A stretch of DNA of 62,459 nucleotides, taken from the IMG/VR virus record IMGVR_UViG_3300042549_003483, positions 1-62,459 of that record, one strand, 5' to 3'. Shown piece by piece: positions 40,162 to 49,359 of this stretch. Under the pieces are notes generated by a model. It was not told where the DNA came from. It searched no databases and saw only the letters and a list, made by a program, of their open reading frames with translations. The stretch comes from a virus. Its lineage: Duplodnaviria > Caudoviricetes. A program made the translations under genes and the position numbers. The number at the start of each line of letters is the position of its first letter. Position 1 is the stretch's first letter.

Positions 40162-41001
40162 CTACAGTTTAAGGATGGAACGTATCTGTTCCGGGTTGTA
40201 GTACTTCAAATCGTCTGGAATGCGCACAACTTCAGTGTCAACAATATACCTTAGCTTGGCTGCTATGTCAAGTGCCTTACGTATGGCATCAGGGTCCAGT
40301 GCAACTAACACCTTTGAGAACTGCCTTAGTGGTGTGAGCATAGCATCAGCTAGGTTCGTACCCATCAGGGCCACACCAGCAACACCGGCAGCAGACACGG
40401 CACATGCACTGGCTGCGTCTTCTACGAGGACAGCAGTATCCGAAGCAGGTTGAAGATTACGATTAGTAGCTTTAAGAGTACTAGCAAGATCGCTATACTC
40501 AAACTTGCTATTAGTATAAACGATAAAAGGAAAACTGCTTCGGTCATATCTCCACCATTTAGGTTTGTCGTCTTTATTCAGTGCCCTACCTACGGCACCA
40601 ACGATATCAGCACCATTACGATTGACGAAGACACAGCGATGCAGTTTAGGATCATAGCGAATATCAGCAGTGCGCCTAGAATACGCAGCAAGGCAGTTGT
40701 TCCTTTTGAGATAGGAGACAGCAGCCTCATTGCTTAGCACGTTAACGAAGTGATCTGGTAGTGTGAAGATGGTAGCCGTATGTTCAGATTTCCTACGTAA
40801 TCGTAGATCGTCAATGGATCGTCCGACAGAGGCTTTTCCCTTCGTACCACAGGAGGCACGATAGCAATGCCAGAGGAGTAATCCATCGATCTTTGAAACG
40901 GAAAACGTATTGGGGCCACCACAGAAAGGACAGTTGGTACGGGCATGGTTGTTGTTATTTAGTTTTATGGATTGAACTATATCAAGTGGTTTCAGTGCCA
41001 T
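40162..41001 (-). CDS. DNA primase (Zn ribbon plus TOPRIM)
   Basis: CPFC..CYRASC, LVEDAASA, ALMGT, ALDPDA, DDLKY. Confidence 0.9.
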   Translation of the reverse strand: MALKPLDIVQSIKLNNNNHARTNCPFCGGPNTFSVSKIDGLLLWHCYRASCGTKGKASVGRSIDDLRLRRKSEHTATIFTLPDHFVNVLSNEAAVSYLKRNNCLAAYSRRTADIRYDPKLHRCVFVNRNGADIVGAVGRALNKDDKPKWWRYDRSSFPFIVYTNSKFEYSDLASTLKATNRNLQPASDTAVLVEDAASACAVSAAGVAGVALMGTNLADAMLTPLRQFSKVLVALDPDAIRKALDIAAKLRYIVDTEVVRIPDDLKYYNPEQIRSILKL

Positions 41002-41057
41002 GGGCTTTGAGTGGCTGTGGGTATATGTGACCCCCGTGAATGAACTAAGGTTAATTC

Positions 41058-41090
41058 TATATGGGTATGCGTAGGAGGTTTGTCAAGGGG
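41058..41090 (-). promoter_or_regulatory. Promoter for the replication genes
   Basis: ccccTTGACA-N17-CATATA; near-copy at 55742-55774. Confidence 0.75.
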
Positions 41091-41160
41091 TAAGACTAAA
41101 ATAATTTTTATCGTTGAGGTCGTACATCACTTCCTCTCCTTCCCGGTCAGCCACTCCACC

Positions 41161-41499
41161 TTAGCCTCCAGTTCCGCGACGCGGGCGGCGAGGGCCGCCG
41201 GCCGCCGCGACGGTTCGCCTGCCGATACCGCTTGGCCATGGCGCACTCTCCTTTAGCGCGGTGGCCACGATGGGGCCGAGGTTGAAAGCGCGGGCGTCCA
41301 GCCGGCTGCCGAGCCGCAGAAACCCTACGCTGAACTCCGGGACTATGCCCGTCTGCGGCTGCAATTCTCCGAAGCGATCAACGCACGTTTCGCAGCGGTG
41401 AATTTCGCGATCGGGGGCCTGCGGGAAGCCGCTATAGACCATCTGCCACATCGCGCGCGGGGACGCTTTGAAGAAGCGGCCACAACAGTCGCACTTCAT
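41161..41499 (-). CDS. Hypothetical Cys-containing protein (GC-rich cassette)
   Basis: RBS ggaggg; MKCDCCGRFF..CETC. Confidence 0.45.
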   Translation of the reverse strand: MKCDCCGRFFKASPRAMWQMVYSGFPQAPDREIHRCETCVDRFGELQPQTGIVPEFSVGFLRLGSRLDARAFNLGPIVATALKESAPWPSGIGRRTVAAAGGPRRPRRGTGG

Positions 41500-41837
41500 C
41501 ACGCCCCCTCCCGGTCCAGCCGGCCGGCGGCGATGCCCTCGTGCAACGTAAAGTGCGCCAGCAGGTCTTGAGCGTCGTCCATTGGATTGCTCGCCCGCAC
41601 CATCTCTATCGTGGGCTCCACCGGCACCACCGCCGCCTCCCCCTTGATCATCGCCTCCGCCGCCGCGTCGCCGACCCGGTTGAGGAGCGCGAGGGCGCGG
41701 GCGATGTGGGGGTCTTTCAGAACGGTGCGGACCGAGATGCGGTCTATCTCCCGCCAGTCCGAGTGCGAATGCGTGTTGTCGTGGTGCGCCTCGCGTATCG
41801 CGACCGCGCACCGCTCGATCAGGTCATTTCTGTTCAT
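41499..41837 (-). CDS. Hypothetical protein (GC-rich cassette)
   Basis: DLIERCA.AI..VVPVEPTIEMVRA. Confidence 0.6.
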   Translation of the reverse strand: MNRNDLIERCAVAIREAHHDNTHSHSDWREIDRISVRTVLKDPHIARALALLNRVGDAAAEAMIKGEAAVVPVEPTIEMVRASNPMDDAQDLLAHFTLHEGIAAGRLDREGA

Positions 41838-42145
41838 CGGACCTTCTCCGGGGCACGAAGCGGAACGTGTCGCGTTGCCTCTCCGAGGATGTGCCGCACG
41901 CGGTCAAATGGCACGGAACCCCATCCTGTGTGCGCGCTAGCCCCGTTGGTGTTCGGGCGTATCCACTCCCCGCGGTTGGCAGGCCCCGACTCCGGCCGGG
42001 TCTCAAAGACCATCAGCGACGCGCCCCGCGCGGGCGTCGCGTGGTTCGCCCATACGTGTGCGGCGCGGCCTCGGCCTCCTATGGCGCGGATTTCTGCGGC
42101 GGCGACGTTCAAATCGTGCTCAAAATCCGCGAAGACGTTTCGCAT
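41834..42145 (-). CDS. Hypothetical protein (GC-rich cassette)
   Basis: RBS ggaggagggg; coupled start. Confidence 0.55.
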   Translation of the reverse strand: MRNVFADFEHDLNVAAAEIRAIGGRGRAAHVWANHATPARGASLMVFETRPESGPANRGEWIRPNTNGASAHTGWGSVPFDRVRHILGEATRHVPLRAPEKVR

Positions 42146-42741
42146 CACCCCTCCTCCCCTGTCTTCACGCCGGCCAGGACGGCGGCGAGGTCGATGGCGT
42201 CCATTCTGTGATGGTTCCGGGCGTCGCCATACGTCCCGATGACCGCCTGCTTGCAGGCATCCCGCACCGCCTCGGCAACGCGATGGGCGAGGGCGGCGCG
42301 GTCGGCAACCATTCGCTGGATCGCCTCTTCCGGGTACACGGTGCCGCCGTCGGGCGGGTCCAAGAGGAAGCGGTCGGGGATCGCCCTGCACACCGCGTCA
42401 TGATCCCGCGTCAGCCGCTCGTTCTCGGCCCGAAGGCGGGCGATCTCGTCGGCGGCTTCCGGGGTCAGGTTGCGGAGGAGGAGGAGGTCGTGCATTCCAG
42501 TCGGGCTATTTTCCGGCCACAACCTCACGCGATCATATGCCCCCCGCAACCGCTCCACGATGTCCGCTTTCCCGTCCGGGACATCCGCCCCCGCCGGGGC
42601 GCCATCGGACGCGGGAGTTTCCCGCTCGGGATGCCGCACGCATCCGGGGCGGCCGGTGCAGGATGGGTCGCGCCACTCGCCCGGCCCGCCGGGATCGACG
42701 ACGCGGATTACGCACGCCGGGCAATTCAGATTGCCGCTCAT
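42145..42741 (-). CDS. Hypothetical protein (GC-rich cassette)
   Basis: DIVERLR..EAADEIARLRAENERL. Confidence 0.6.
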   Translation of the reverse strand: MSGNLNCPACVIRVVDPGGPGEWRDPSCTGRPGCVRHPERETPASDGAPAGADVPDGKADIVERLRGAYDRVRLWPENSPTGMHDLLLLRNLTPEAADEIARLRAENERLTRDHDAVCRAIPDRFLLDPPDGGTVYPEEAIQRMVADRAALAHRVAEAVRDACKQAVIGTYGDARNHHRMDAIDLAAVLAGVKTGEEG

Positions 42742-42903
42742 CGCGGGCCTCTGTAGTTATCAATCTCTACAACATGTTCAAACTTGAGTATATCAACCAT
42801 GTTCAATCTCCATACCTATGATAGTATTAGACCTCTACCGTCCATTTGCGAGTGACGGTACCCGTTGGCCATGTACGGTGGGCAAAATACAAAACACACT
42901 CCA

Positions 42904-42933
42904 TAAAAAAGTGGCGGGGCCTTACGCCCCGCC
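42904..42933 (-). terminator. Intrinsic terminator after the peptidase gene
   Basis: GGCGGGGC stem plus T6 on the - strand. Confidence 0.8.
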
Positions 42934-42943
42934 TTGGTTGAAA

Positions 42944-44581
42944 TTACTTCTGGCCGATGCGATCACGGAAGGCAGACAGTTCGTCTTCTAGATTGTTGTT
43001 CTCTTCGATGATGTATCGGTTCTCTTGCAGCAGTTCCATAAGCGTCACTGCCATTTCGTCATACGTCACACACTCACGAACAAGGAAGGCAGTGATGATA
43101 CGCTTCATGGCGACATTGGACACGCCGTCGATAAGCCCGTCTGCGGGCTCCCACTTGGGAACCTTGTTGAGCGGTGTATCGGCAGTAACCTCGTCAAGTG
43201 GAACAACGTTAGTGTCTCGATTAGCGATAGCAGTACGAGTGGTGACGTGGGTGTTAGTCCCAGTCGCCGTACCCGAAAGCTGCACTACGTTCGTACTTCC
43301 GGTTGAGGTAGGTGACGAGGTAGTGCCAGCTACGTTTGTAGGGCGCGAGCCGGTTTTATCCTCCGGGTACATGCCCTTCCACTTGTCCTGCGGGTAGCGA
43401 GAGATGTCATCCTTGAACTCCTTTTCATACCAGTTATCGAAGTCGTGACCATGCACACCCACGCCCCGGTATGTGCCATAGCCGCCATGAAAGGAGTACG
43501 AAGTATCGTTGACATCACGGACAGTGGGTAGCGTAGACCAGTTGACTGACAACAGCGCCGGAATGAAGATTGCCTCTAGCCAGATCAAATCGAAATTTTC
43601 ATTGGTCGTGTGCTCGCTATTGTAACCGCACGAGACATTAGTGCATTCTGGGATCAGGCCAGTATATTCGGCGGTGTCTGTGTAAACACCATGCGATGAT
43701 GGTGCAAACTTAGGTGCCATGTTAGGCGTGTGTGCATTAATCTGATCAGCAAGAGCACTAGCAAACTCATTAGATGCGCACTTACCACCAGACTGATGTG
43801 TAATGATGTCCGTATGTCCGCGACGATCAAAGGCAATCGCACGCTTGATGCCCTTAACCACTTCAGGGCTGCGAGTAGAGATATGCCGAGAGCCGACACC
43901 ACCAGACTCCTCGCCAACGTGGAAGATGTACAGACCCCCCACATTTTCCTTGATCAGCCGGCACATGATGTAGCAGCCAACCTTATCGTCAGCGCCAAGC
44001 CCAGATGGGTTGTAGATTGGCTCACCTACAACCTTGGTCAGAAGCACACCATCACGCTTGACCATCTTGCCATTCTCAATGACGAAGAAGTCAAACTGCT
44101 CGTTGCCCTTGGCGCTGGTACCGTTACGCTTTAGGCTGAAATGCTCGCTGTCTGCAATTTCCTTGGCAAAATCCTTGAGGTCCGTAACCTTGATCTTACG
44201 ATTGGTGTGGACTTCGTGGAAGTACACGTTTGAGTTCTTAGTCGAGCCGTAGATATAGCCCTCGCGCTGCGAATCGCCTGTCGTAATAACAGGGGTGATA
44301 CGACCGGATGCCGCAGACACGGTGTCCATATGTGATGAGAACATCGTCTCATGTGGGCCGTCGCCAACAGTGACGATCAGATTACCGACACTATCCGTAT
44401 TGTAGATGATCTTGTGCGGAAGACGGTCGAGGAAGTGAGTGATGATCTTCTCGACCTTATCCTCACTGTGGCGTGGGCTACCCTGCTGTAGAAGATCATA
44501 CAGAAGATCAGGGATATCCTTACCGCGTACCGCTTCTCGGAAGGAAAGCTGCGTACGGTGCGTAAAGCTGGCGTAAGACAT
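42944..44581 (-). CDS. M20/M28-family zinc peptidase-like protein
   Basis: SHMDT, GADDKVG, GEE, AFDR, C-terminal EH metal ligands; long insert and low-complexity tail. Confidence 0.85.
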   Translation of the reverse strand: MSYASFTHRTQLSFREAVRGKDIPDLLYDLLQQGSPRHSEDKVEKIITHFLDRLPHKIIYNTDSVGNLIVTVGDGPHETMFSSHMDTVSAASGRITPVITTGDSQREGYIYGSTKNSNVYFHEVHTNRKIKVTDLKDFAKEIADSEHFSLKRNGTSAKGNEQFDFFVIENGKMVKRDGVLLTKVVGEPIYNPSGLGADDKVGCYIMCRLIKENVGGLYIFHVGEESGGVGSRHISTRSPEVVKGIKRAIAFDRRGHTDIITHQSGGKCASNEFASALADQINAHTPNMAPKFAPSSHGVYTDTAEYTGLIPECTNVSCGYNSEHTTNENFDLIWLEAIFIPALLSVNWSTLPTVRDVNDTSYSFHGGYGTYRGVGVHGHDFDNWYEKEFKDDISRYPQDKWKGMYPEDKTGSRPTNVAGTTSSPTSTGSTNVVQLSGTATGTNTHVTTRTAIANRDTNVVPLDEVTADTPLNKVPKWEPADGLIDGVSNVAMKRIITAFLVRECVTYDEMAVTLMELLQENRYIIEENNNLEDELSAFRDRIGQK

Positions 44582-46356
44582 TATGCTGCGATCCTTACTT
44601 CGGTTGCAGTGGTGACGGTGGTAAACTCAGGGATAGCAGCAGCAGTAATTACGCCATCCATGGGAGCAAGCCATTCGATCTTGGGGAAAACAATGTCGTT
44701 GCTAACTGGTACAAGCGACATAGGTTCAAACAACGTAGCCGGATCAAACTTCATAGAACGTACACTTTGTAGAGCAACACTTCTGATCCGCGCAGCGTAG
44801 CGGGACATAATACGTCCCCCTCCGTGAGTCATCCTCCTAGTGGCATCTCTGTTTGTGTTGTTAATGCGCACACCAACACGGGTCATATTGTGTTCGCTTA
44901 AGTCTGGCGAAGTATGACGAAATACTACAATGTGAGAAGCGTATGACAGGTCAGCGTACTCATTCTCTTCCATTACCGTTTCTTGAAACGATGTGCAGAT
45001 CGACTCGGCTGCACGACGGTTTGTGAAGAAGTACCCATCTGTGGACTCATAAACATCCGGCGTACGACTGGTCCAAATGGTTGAACCGTCGTTCCGAATT
45101 GCACTGACCAGACCCTCAGCCCGAGCATGCGCTTCCGAACAGAACACCCGATCATCGGTGTCGCTGTAGATTGCGTCATCCGGGTGGAATGCCCCACCAC
45201 AATGGTCGCAGGTAAGTCGTACGTAATGGCGACTGTTAATGTAGCCAGTCGTGGAATCTGTGTTGTTGTAGTTACCTTCCCGATAACGCTCGCAGTGTGT
45301 GACGTGAAACTCCTTCGTAGCCTGATCAAACTTAATATCGAAGGAGCCGGCGATGTTATCGAAGTACGGCATGGGTGCGTGCCACTCATCGCGAGTAGCG
45401 TGTTTGAGACCCGGCATCGTAAAGCTGCACCCACGAGCGAAGCTGTCGGTAAGCTGGGTCGTACCAGCCTCTTCCAGCATCTTGACCAACTTCGTAGACC
45501 ACATATCACCGCCCGGATATACACGACCGTAGCGCCAGCCCTTCCTCGTTTCATAGACGATGCAGCGGGCTACGACACGGTTGCCACGAGTGATAAACGC
45601 ACCCCGAGTGTGGGGGTGATATGCGAAGAACGAAGTTGGGCAGTGCTTGTTGGTAAGCAGCGTGTGCCAGTGTTCCACATTATGGCGGGGGTCGCCGTCC
45701 CCACGAACGAACATGCACGAGCCGGGACCGGAACCGTACATGATCAGGAAGTCTTCCGGCTTGTCTGCATAGGTGATTTCCAGCGGACGACGCATGTCTT
45801 CGATGTACTGAGACATGTTGCGCACTAGATGATCACCAATACCCAGTTCCTTGACGTTAGAGAAGCGAGACACGGCACGGGCGATAGTCATCTCCTCATA
45901 CCGCTTGAGCCGACGCCATGCACGGTTAGTAGTGGCCCATGCCTGTGCCCGACGTGGGTCAGCCAGATCGTCCTTGAGTTTTGTGAGGAAGTCGGGGAGG
46001 GCCTCGTCGTAGCAGAAGAACGGCGTGCAGAACTTGTAGATATCGTCACTTGCCGTACCCGTCATGCTGATGTTTGTGAATACACGAACCGTGTCCGGTT
46101 TGGACCCGAACATGATGGGGGCGGTGAAAGCGAAGCGAGTGTTCTGCAAATTCTCACAGGCATACCGGCGAAGCTCCAGAAAATCCTTGGAGACAAACCG
46201 GACAATGCGCGCTGCCATGGCAAGCGGCGCGCTGTTGATGTTGAAGTCATAGCCCCCGTTGGCCATGACCTCATCCGGATTCTGCCCCTGCTCCTTAATG
46301 GCAGCGCGCAGACAATTGATTTGTTCTCGTGTGCTCAGTGTGAACATGCGAGTCAT
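44581..46356 (-). CDS. Large hypothetical protein with SCM motif and Zn-ribbon-like segment
   Basis: GPGSCM, VARCIVY, GRVY, PYFD, CDHC..FCSE.H; coupled to the peptidase. Confidence 0.7.
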   Translation of the reverse strand: MTRMFTLSTREQINCLRAAIKEQGQNPDEVMANGGYDFNINSAPLAMAARIVRFVSKDFLELRRYACENLQNTRFAFTAPIMFGSKPDTVRVFTNISMTGTASDDIYKFCTPFFCYDEALPDFLTKLKDDLADPRRAQAWATTNRAWRRLKRYEEMTIARAVSRFSNVKELGIGDHLVRNMSQYIEDMRRPLEITYADKPEDFLIMYGSGPGSCMFVRGDGDPRHNVEHWHTLLTNKHCPTSFFAYHPHTRGAFITRGNRVVARCIVYETRKGWRYGRVYPGGDMWSTKLVKMLEEAGTTQLTDSFARGCSFTMPGLKHATRDEWHAPMPYFDNIAGSFDIKFDQATKEFHVTHCERYREGNYNNTDSTTGYINSRHYVRLTCDHCGGAFHPDDAIYSDTDDRVFCSEAHARAEGLVSAIRNDGSTIWTSRTPDVYESTDGYFFTNRRAAESICTSFQETVMEENEYADLSYASHIVVFRHTSPDLSEHNMTRVGVRINNTNRDATRRMTHGGGRIMSRYAARIRSVALQSVRSMKFDPATLFEPMSLVPVSNDIVFPKIEWLAPMDGVITAAAIPEFTTVTTATEVRIAA

Positions 46357-46487
46357 CGTAGATACCTCACGTAGATTTTGCCTGTTTGGATTGAGCGCAA
46401 GAAGACGTGCTTAATCGTCTTGTTGACGTAGCGCCACTTAAGGTACGTCAACCAACTGGGAAACTTATGATTAAACAGCTTCTTCAT
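46353..46487 (-). CDS. Small basic hypothetical protein (44 aa)
   Basis: Coupled at both ends; below the ORF-track cutoff. Confidence 0.45.
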   Translation of the reverse strand: MKKLFNHKFPSWLTYLKWRYVNKTIKHVFLRSIQTGKIYVRYLR

Positions 46488-46969
46488 CAAACTACGACGG
46501 TTGCCTCGATACCGAACGTGCCGATGGATCGACCAACGTTGTGCTGATTGATGTCAGAAATCAGCGTGCCGTTGTTAAGGTCTAGGCCGTACCACGTCGC
46601 ACGATCACTGATGCCGAGTAGACCGATAGGAACCATCTTGTCCTCACGCATAAGCGTGTTGGTAATGATGACGTTACCCGGCTGGAAATTGTTAACACTA
46701 AGAGCGTCTTGATTACTCTTGTATGCTTCAAGTTTAGTGAATTTGATCTTGCCCATACCAACAATCGTTGCATCGCGCCCCGATAGGCCGAGGGCTAGCG
46801 AATGAGAGCGAAGGTTGATGCTGAGATACCGATCAAATGGGTCTACCTTGCCAAGATTTAGAAACAGTGACGAGCCAGTGCCACGATCCGTCTTAAAGAC
46901 GGACAGCATGGGCACGTCTTCGCGTCGAACTGTGACGAATGCAGAGCCGTCACGAGAAAGAGTAAGCAT
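46487..46969 (-). CDS. Hypothetical protein
   Basis: 160 aa in operon. Confidence 0.6.
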   Translation of the reverse strand: MLTLSRDGSAFVTVRREDVPMLSVFKTDRGTGSSLFLNLGKVDPFDRYLSINLRSHSLALGLSGRDATIVGMGKIKFTKLEAYKSNQDALSVNNFQPGNVIITNTLMREDKMVPIGLLGISDRATWYGLDLNNGTLISDINQHNVGRSIGTFGIEATVVV

Positions 46970-46975
46970 GGTTCA

Positions 46976-47371
46976 TCAATCCTGTAGTGGAGTGGAGGAG
47001 ACAGTTCGATACATATTTGCTGCATCGAACAGAAACTTAGCAACAGTAGTTGGTCGCATGTTGCGCATGATTGCTGGATTGGGATTAGGCTGTGACTGGA
47101 CAACGCCAACAACATCTTCTCTTGTCATGCGTTTTAGGTCACGTGCCTGCACTTGCTTGGGGTGTTGCAGGAAATGAGGAAGCTGCGTTGACCAGCGATA
47201 GAGAAATGGATCACGGTACGCAAAGATGCGCCGTGCTACTGCTTGCACTTGGTAACGGCTGTTCCTATACCCCACAATACGACCAAGGATTTCTGTAGTG
47301 GGATCGTACCTAGCAAACCTAATAGGAAAGGTTACAACCTCTCCTACATCGAACATCCTACGTCGAGCCAT
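46976..47371 (-). CDS. Hypothetical protein
   Basis: RBS aagga; 131 aa. Confidence 0.55.
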   Translation of the reverse strand: MARRRMFDVGEVVTFPIRFARYDPTTEILGRIVGYRNSRYQVQAVARRIFAYRDPFLYRWSTQLPHFLQHPKQVQARDLKRMTREDVVGVVQSQPNPNPAIMRNMRPTTVAKFLFDAANMYRTVSSTPLQD

Positions 47372-47424
47372 TGATGTCCTTTGTTTTTTATTGTTATGAA
47401 TTATAGCCTAAAGAGGTATCTATG

Positions 47425-48321
47425 TCAAGCCGCCTTACGACTGTAGACCTTTTGGAACCAGTCGAGTTTCGCTTGATCGAAATTCGCATTAGTGTTGCGC
47501 ATGGAACCTTCGGTAAGGAACATGCGGATAGCCTTGTCCTTACCAATGATGCTGTTCTCTTTGTTATCCTCCCGTGGACCCCAGCCTAGGCGCAGCATGA
47601 AGTTTAGAAGGGCATCAGGAGAGTAACCGCGATCACGATAATCAAGGAGAGAAGCAGCACCATCACGCTTACTCATCTTCTTCTTGTCTTTGAAGATCAG
47701 ACCGACATGGGCGAACTTAGGTGGTGGCGCACCATGTAGTTGATCACGGTCATCACACTTCTGAATAGCTGACCAGATAGCTAGCTGCTTGGCCGTGTTA
47801 GTAATGTGGTCGGTGCCACGAATAATAAAATTAACACTCATCAAGTAGTCATCAATAACACTGGCGAACTGGTACGTCGGCTCACCTAGTTTGTCACCGC
47901 CGCGTAGCAGTACGGTACGCCCGTTAATCTGCTCGATATTGGTGTCGGTAATAGGGATTCTATCGGCAACTTCATCACGCCATGAGCGAGGCATGAAGTC
48001 CTGCCAGTTGAGGATGATTGCGCCATTGTCGGCACGGAACGCAAAGCCATGTTCCAGAAGACGCTCGGCTTCCGCCTTGTAGATGGACGTGCGCTGAGAC
48101 TGGCGCTCAAAGCGATCCCAATCCAGCCCAAGCCACTTCAGCCCATCATAGATAGGTTGGATGGCCTCAGGCTTATTACGCTCAGTGTCCGTGTCATCCA
48201 AACGAAGGATGAACTGGCCACCTGTAGCCTTGGCAGCAAGCCAGCAGAAGTATGCTGTGCGTGCCGTGCCGAAGTGCATCATCCCGGTAGGGGACGGGGC
48301 GATGCGAGTAACATATTCCAT
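47425..48321 (-). CDS. Glutamyl-tRNA synthetase catalytic-domain paralog (no anticodon-binding domain)
   Basis: RIAPSPTG, HFGT (HIGH), LRLDDTD.ER, RQSQR, TYQFASVIDD, IIRG.DH, KMSKR, ANFDQAKLDW then stop; 298 aa. Confidence 0.92.
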   Translation of the reverse strand: MEYVTRIAPSPTGMMHFGTARTAYFCWLAAKATGGQFILRLDDTDTERNKPEAIQPIYDGLKWLGLDWDRFERQSQRTSIYKAEAERLLEHGFAFRADNGAIILNWQDFMPRSWRDEVADRIPITDTNIEQINGRTVLLRGGDKLGEPTYQFASVIDDYLMSVNFIIRGTDHITNTAKQLAIWSAIQKCDDRDQLHGAPPPKFAHVGLIFKDKKKMSKRDGAASLLDYRDRGYSPDALLNFMLRLGWGPREDNKENSIIGKDKAIRMFLTEGSMRNTNANFDQAKLDWFQKVYSRKAA

Positions 48322-48331
48322 GTGAGCACTC

Positions 48332-48688
48332 CTATGCTGCACGAAGGTTCTTATGAAGATACTTAACTGCTAGGTCTGACCTAGACATAGCTAGCTTTCT
48401 AAGCGAATTTCGTCTTACAATAACAAGGTATGGACCGGCTGTGGTAATGCCACTACCATGGGTTAGGTACGCGTCCATACCATTTGAAAAAACTTTATCT
48501 AGTGTAAAGGCTTGAAAGCTATAGTCGTCGAACAAGACTCTACCTGTGACGAACATAGTTCTGTCCGACCAGCGATCAATAATGCTGTAACTAGCCTCTA
48601 GGGCTGATCGCACATGGGTATGGGAAAAGACTTCCGCCCCTGCTACGTCGTATGGTAAGCCCATCGTCTCAGTAATGGGGTAGATCAT
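48332..48688 (-). CDS. Hypothetical protein
   Basis: 118 aa in operon. Confidence 0.5.
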   Translation of the reverse strand: MIYPITETMGLPYDVAGAEVFSHTHVRSALEASYSIIDRWSDRTMFVTGRVLFDDYSFQAFTLDKVFSNGMDAYLTHGSGITTAGPYLVIVRRNSLRKLAMSRSDLAVKYLHKNLRAA

Positions 48689-48873
48689 GTCATACCTACC
48701 AGTTTAGGGTTGATGACCAATTCTTCTCGCTTGGTAACGAGCATATAGTTGCTCTTGTGGAATGGAATAACTGTGCGCACAGGCGCAGGGCTACCACAGT
48801 CAAGGCATGTGCGATAACCTAGCTGTAGGCGTGCAGTGGGATACTCTTCCCCGCATTTGCAGCAGTGGGCCAT
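48685..48873 (-). CDS. DksA/TraR-type C4 Zn-finger protein
   Basis: CCKCGEEYPTARL....TCLDC. Confidence 0.65.
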   Translation of the reverse strand: MAHCCKCGEEYPTARLQLGYRTCLDCGSPAPVRTVIPFHKSNYMLVTKREELVINPKLVGMT

Positions 48874-48892
48874 TGCCGACTCTCCATAACCG

Positions 48893-48935
48893 GATTATGC
48901 ACATATTATAAGATAAACATCCTACTATGTCAAGT
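48893..48935 (-). promoter_or_regulatory. Consensus sigma70 promoter upstream of the GluRS-like/peptidase run
   Basis: TTGACA-N17-TATAAT; flanks related to the promoters at 53029, 55099 and 55651. Confidence 0.85.
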
Positions 48936-48942
48936 CGGCAAG

Positions 48943-49359
48943 TCAGAAAGCTGCAGCAAAGCTGCCATCGGCTACGTTCCACACCTCGGGCTTGTCATCC
49001 GTGGTGTAGAATACGCGCCGAACACCCGCTTGACGAATGATCGCTTGGCAAACAGTGCAGGGTTTGGCAAGGGCTACAGAACCGTCGCGCTTGACCCGTG
49101 ATACAGCCAGATCAACGCCATGGCTGGCATCGAATCCGGCATGTAGAATGCAGCTAGACTCAGCGTGTAGAAACGGCCACGGACTGTATCTAGCCAGCTT
49201 TGGATGAGTTTTGAGTTCATTATGTTTTGCCGATATTACATGGTTGCCAGAGAAAAGAACGGCACCAACCCGGAAGTTAGTGCCGTTGCGACCGCCTACG
49301 CCGGGACCAGATAAAGCTACCGCTTTAGCTGCTTCCAGCATTCGCCCGATTCGGGCCAT
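48943..49359 (-). CDS. Zn-dependent cytidine/adenosine deaminase-fold protein
   Basis: VGAVL, HAE, AKPCTVC, VFYT. Confidence 0.88.
   Translation of the reverse strand: MARIGRMLEAAKAVALSGPGVGGRNGTNFRVGAVLFSGNHVISAKHNELKTHPKLARYSPWPFLHAESSCILHAGFDASHGVDLAVSRVKRDGSVALAKPCTVCQAIIRQAGVRRVFYTTDDKPEVWNVADGSFAAAF

Larger units (their letters stand above)
41112..42750 (-). mobile_element. GC-rich foreign cassette of four small genes
   Basis: Abrupt GC rise by eye; truncated ORFs at both junctions; no transposase or integrase. Confidence 0.6.
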
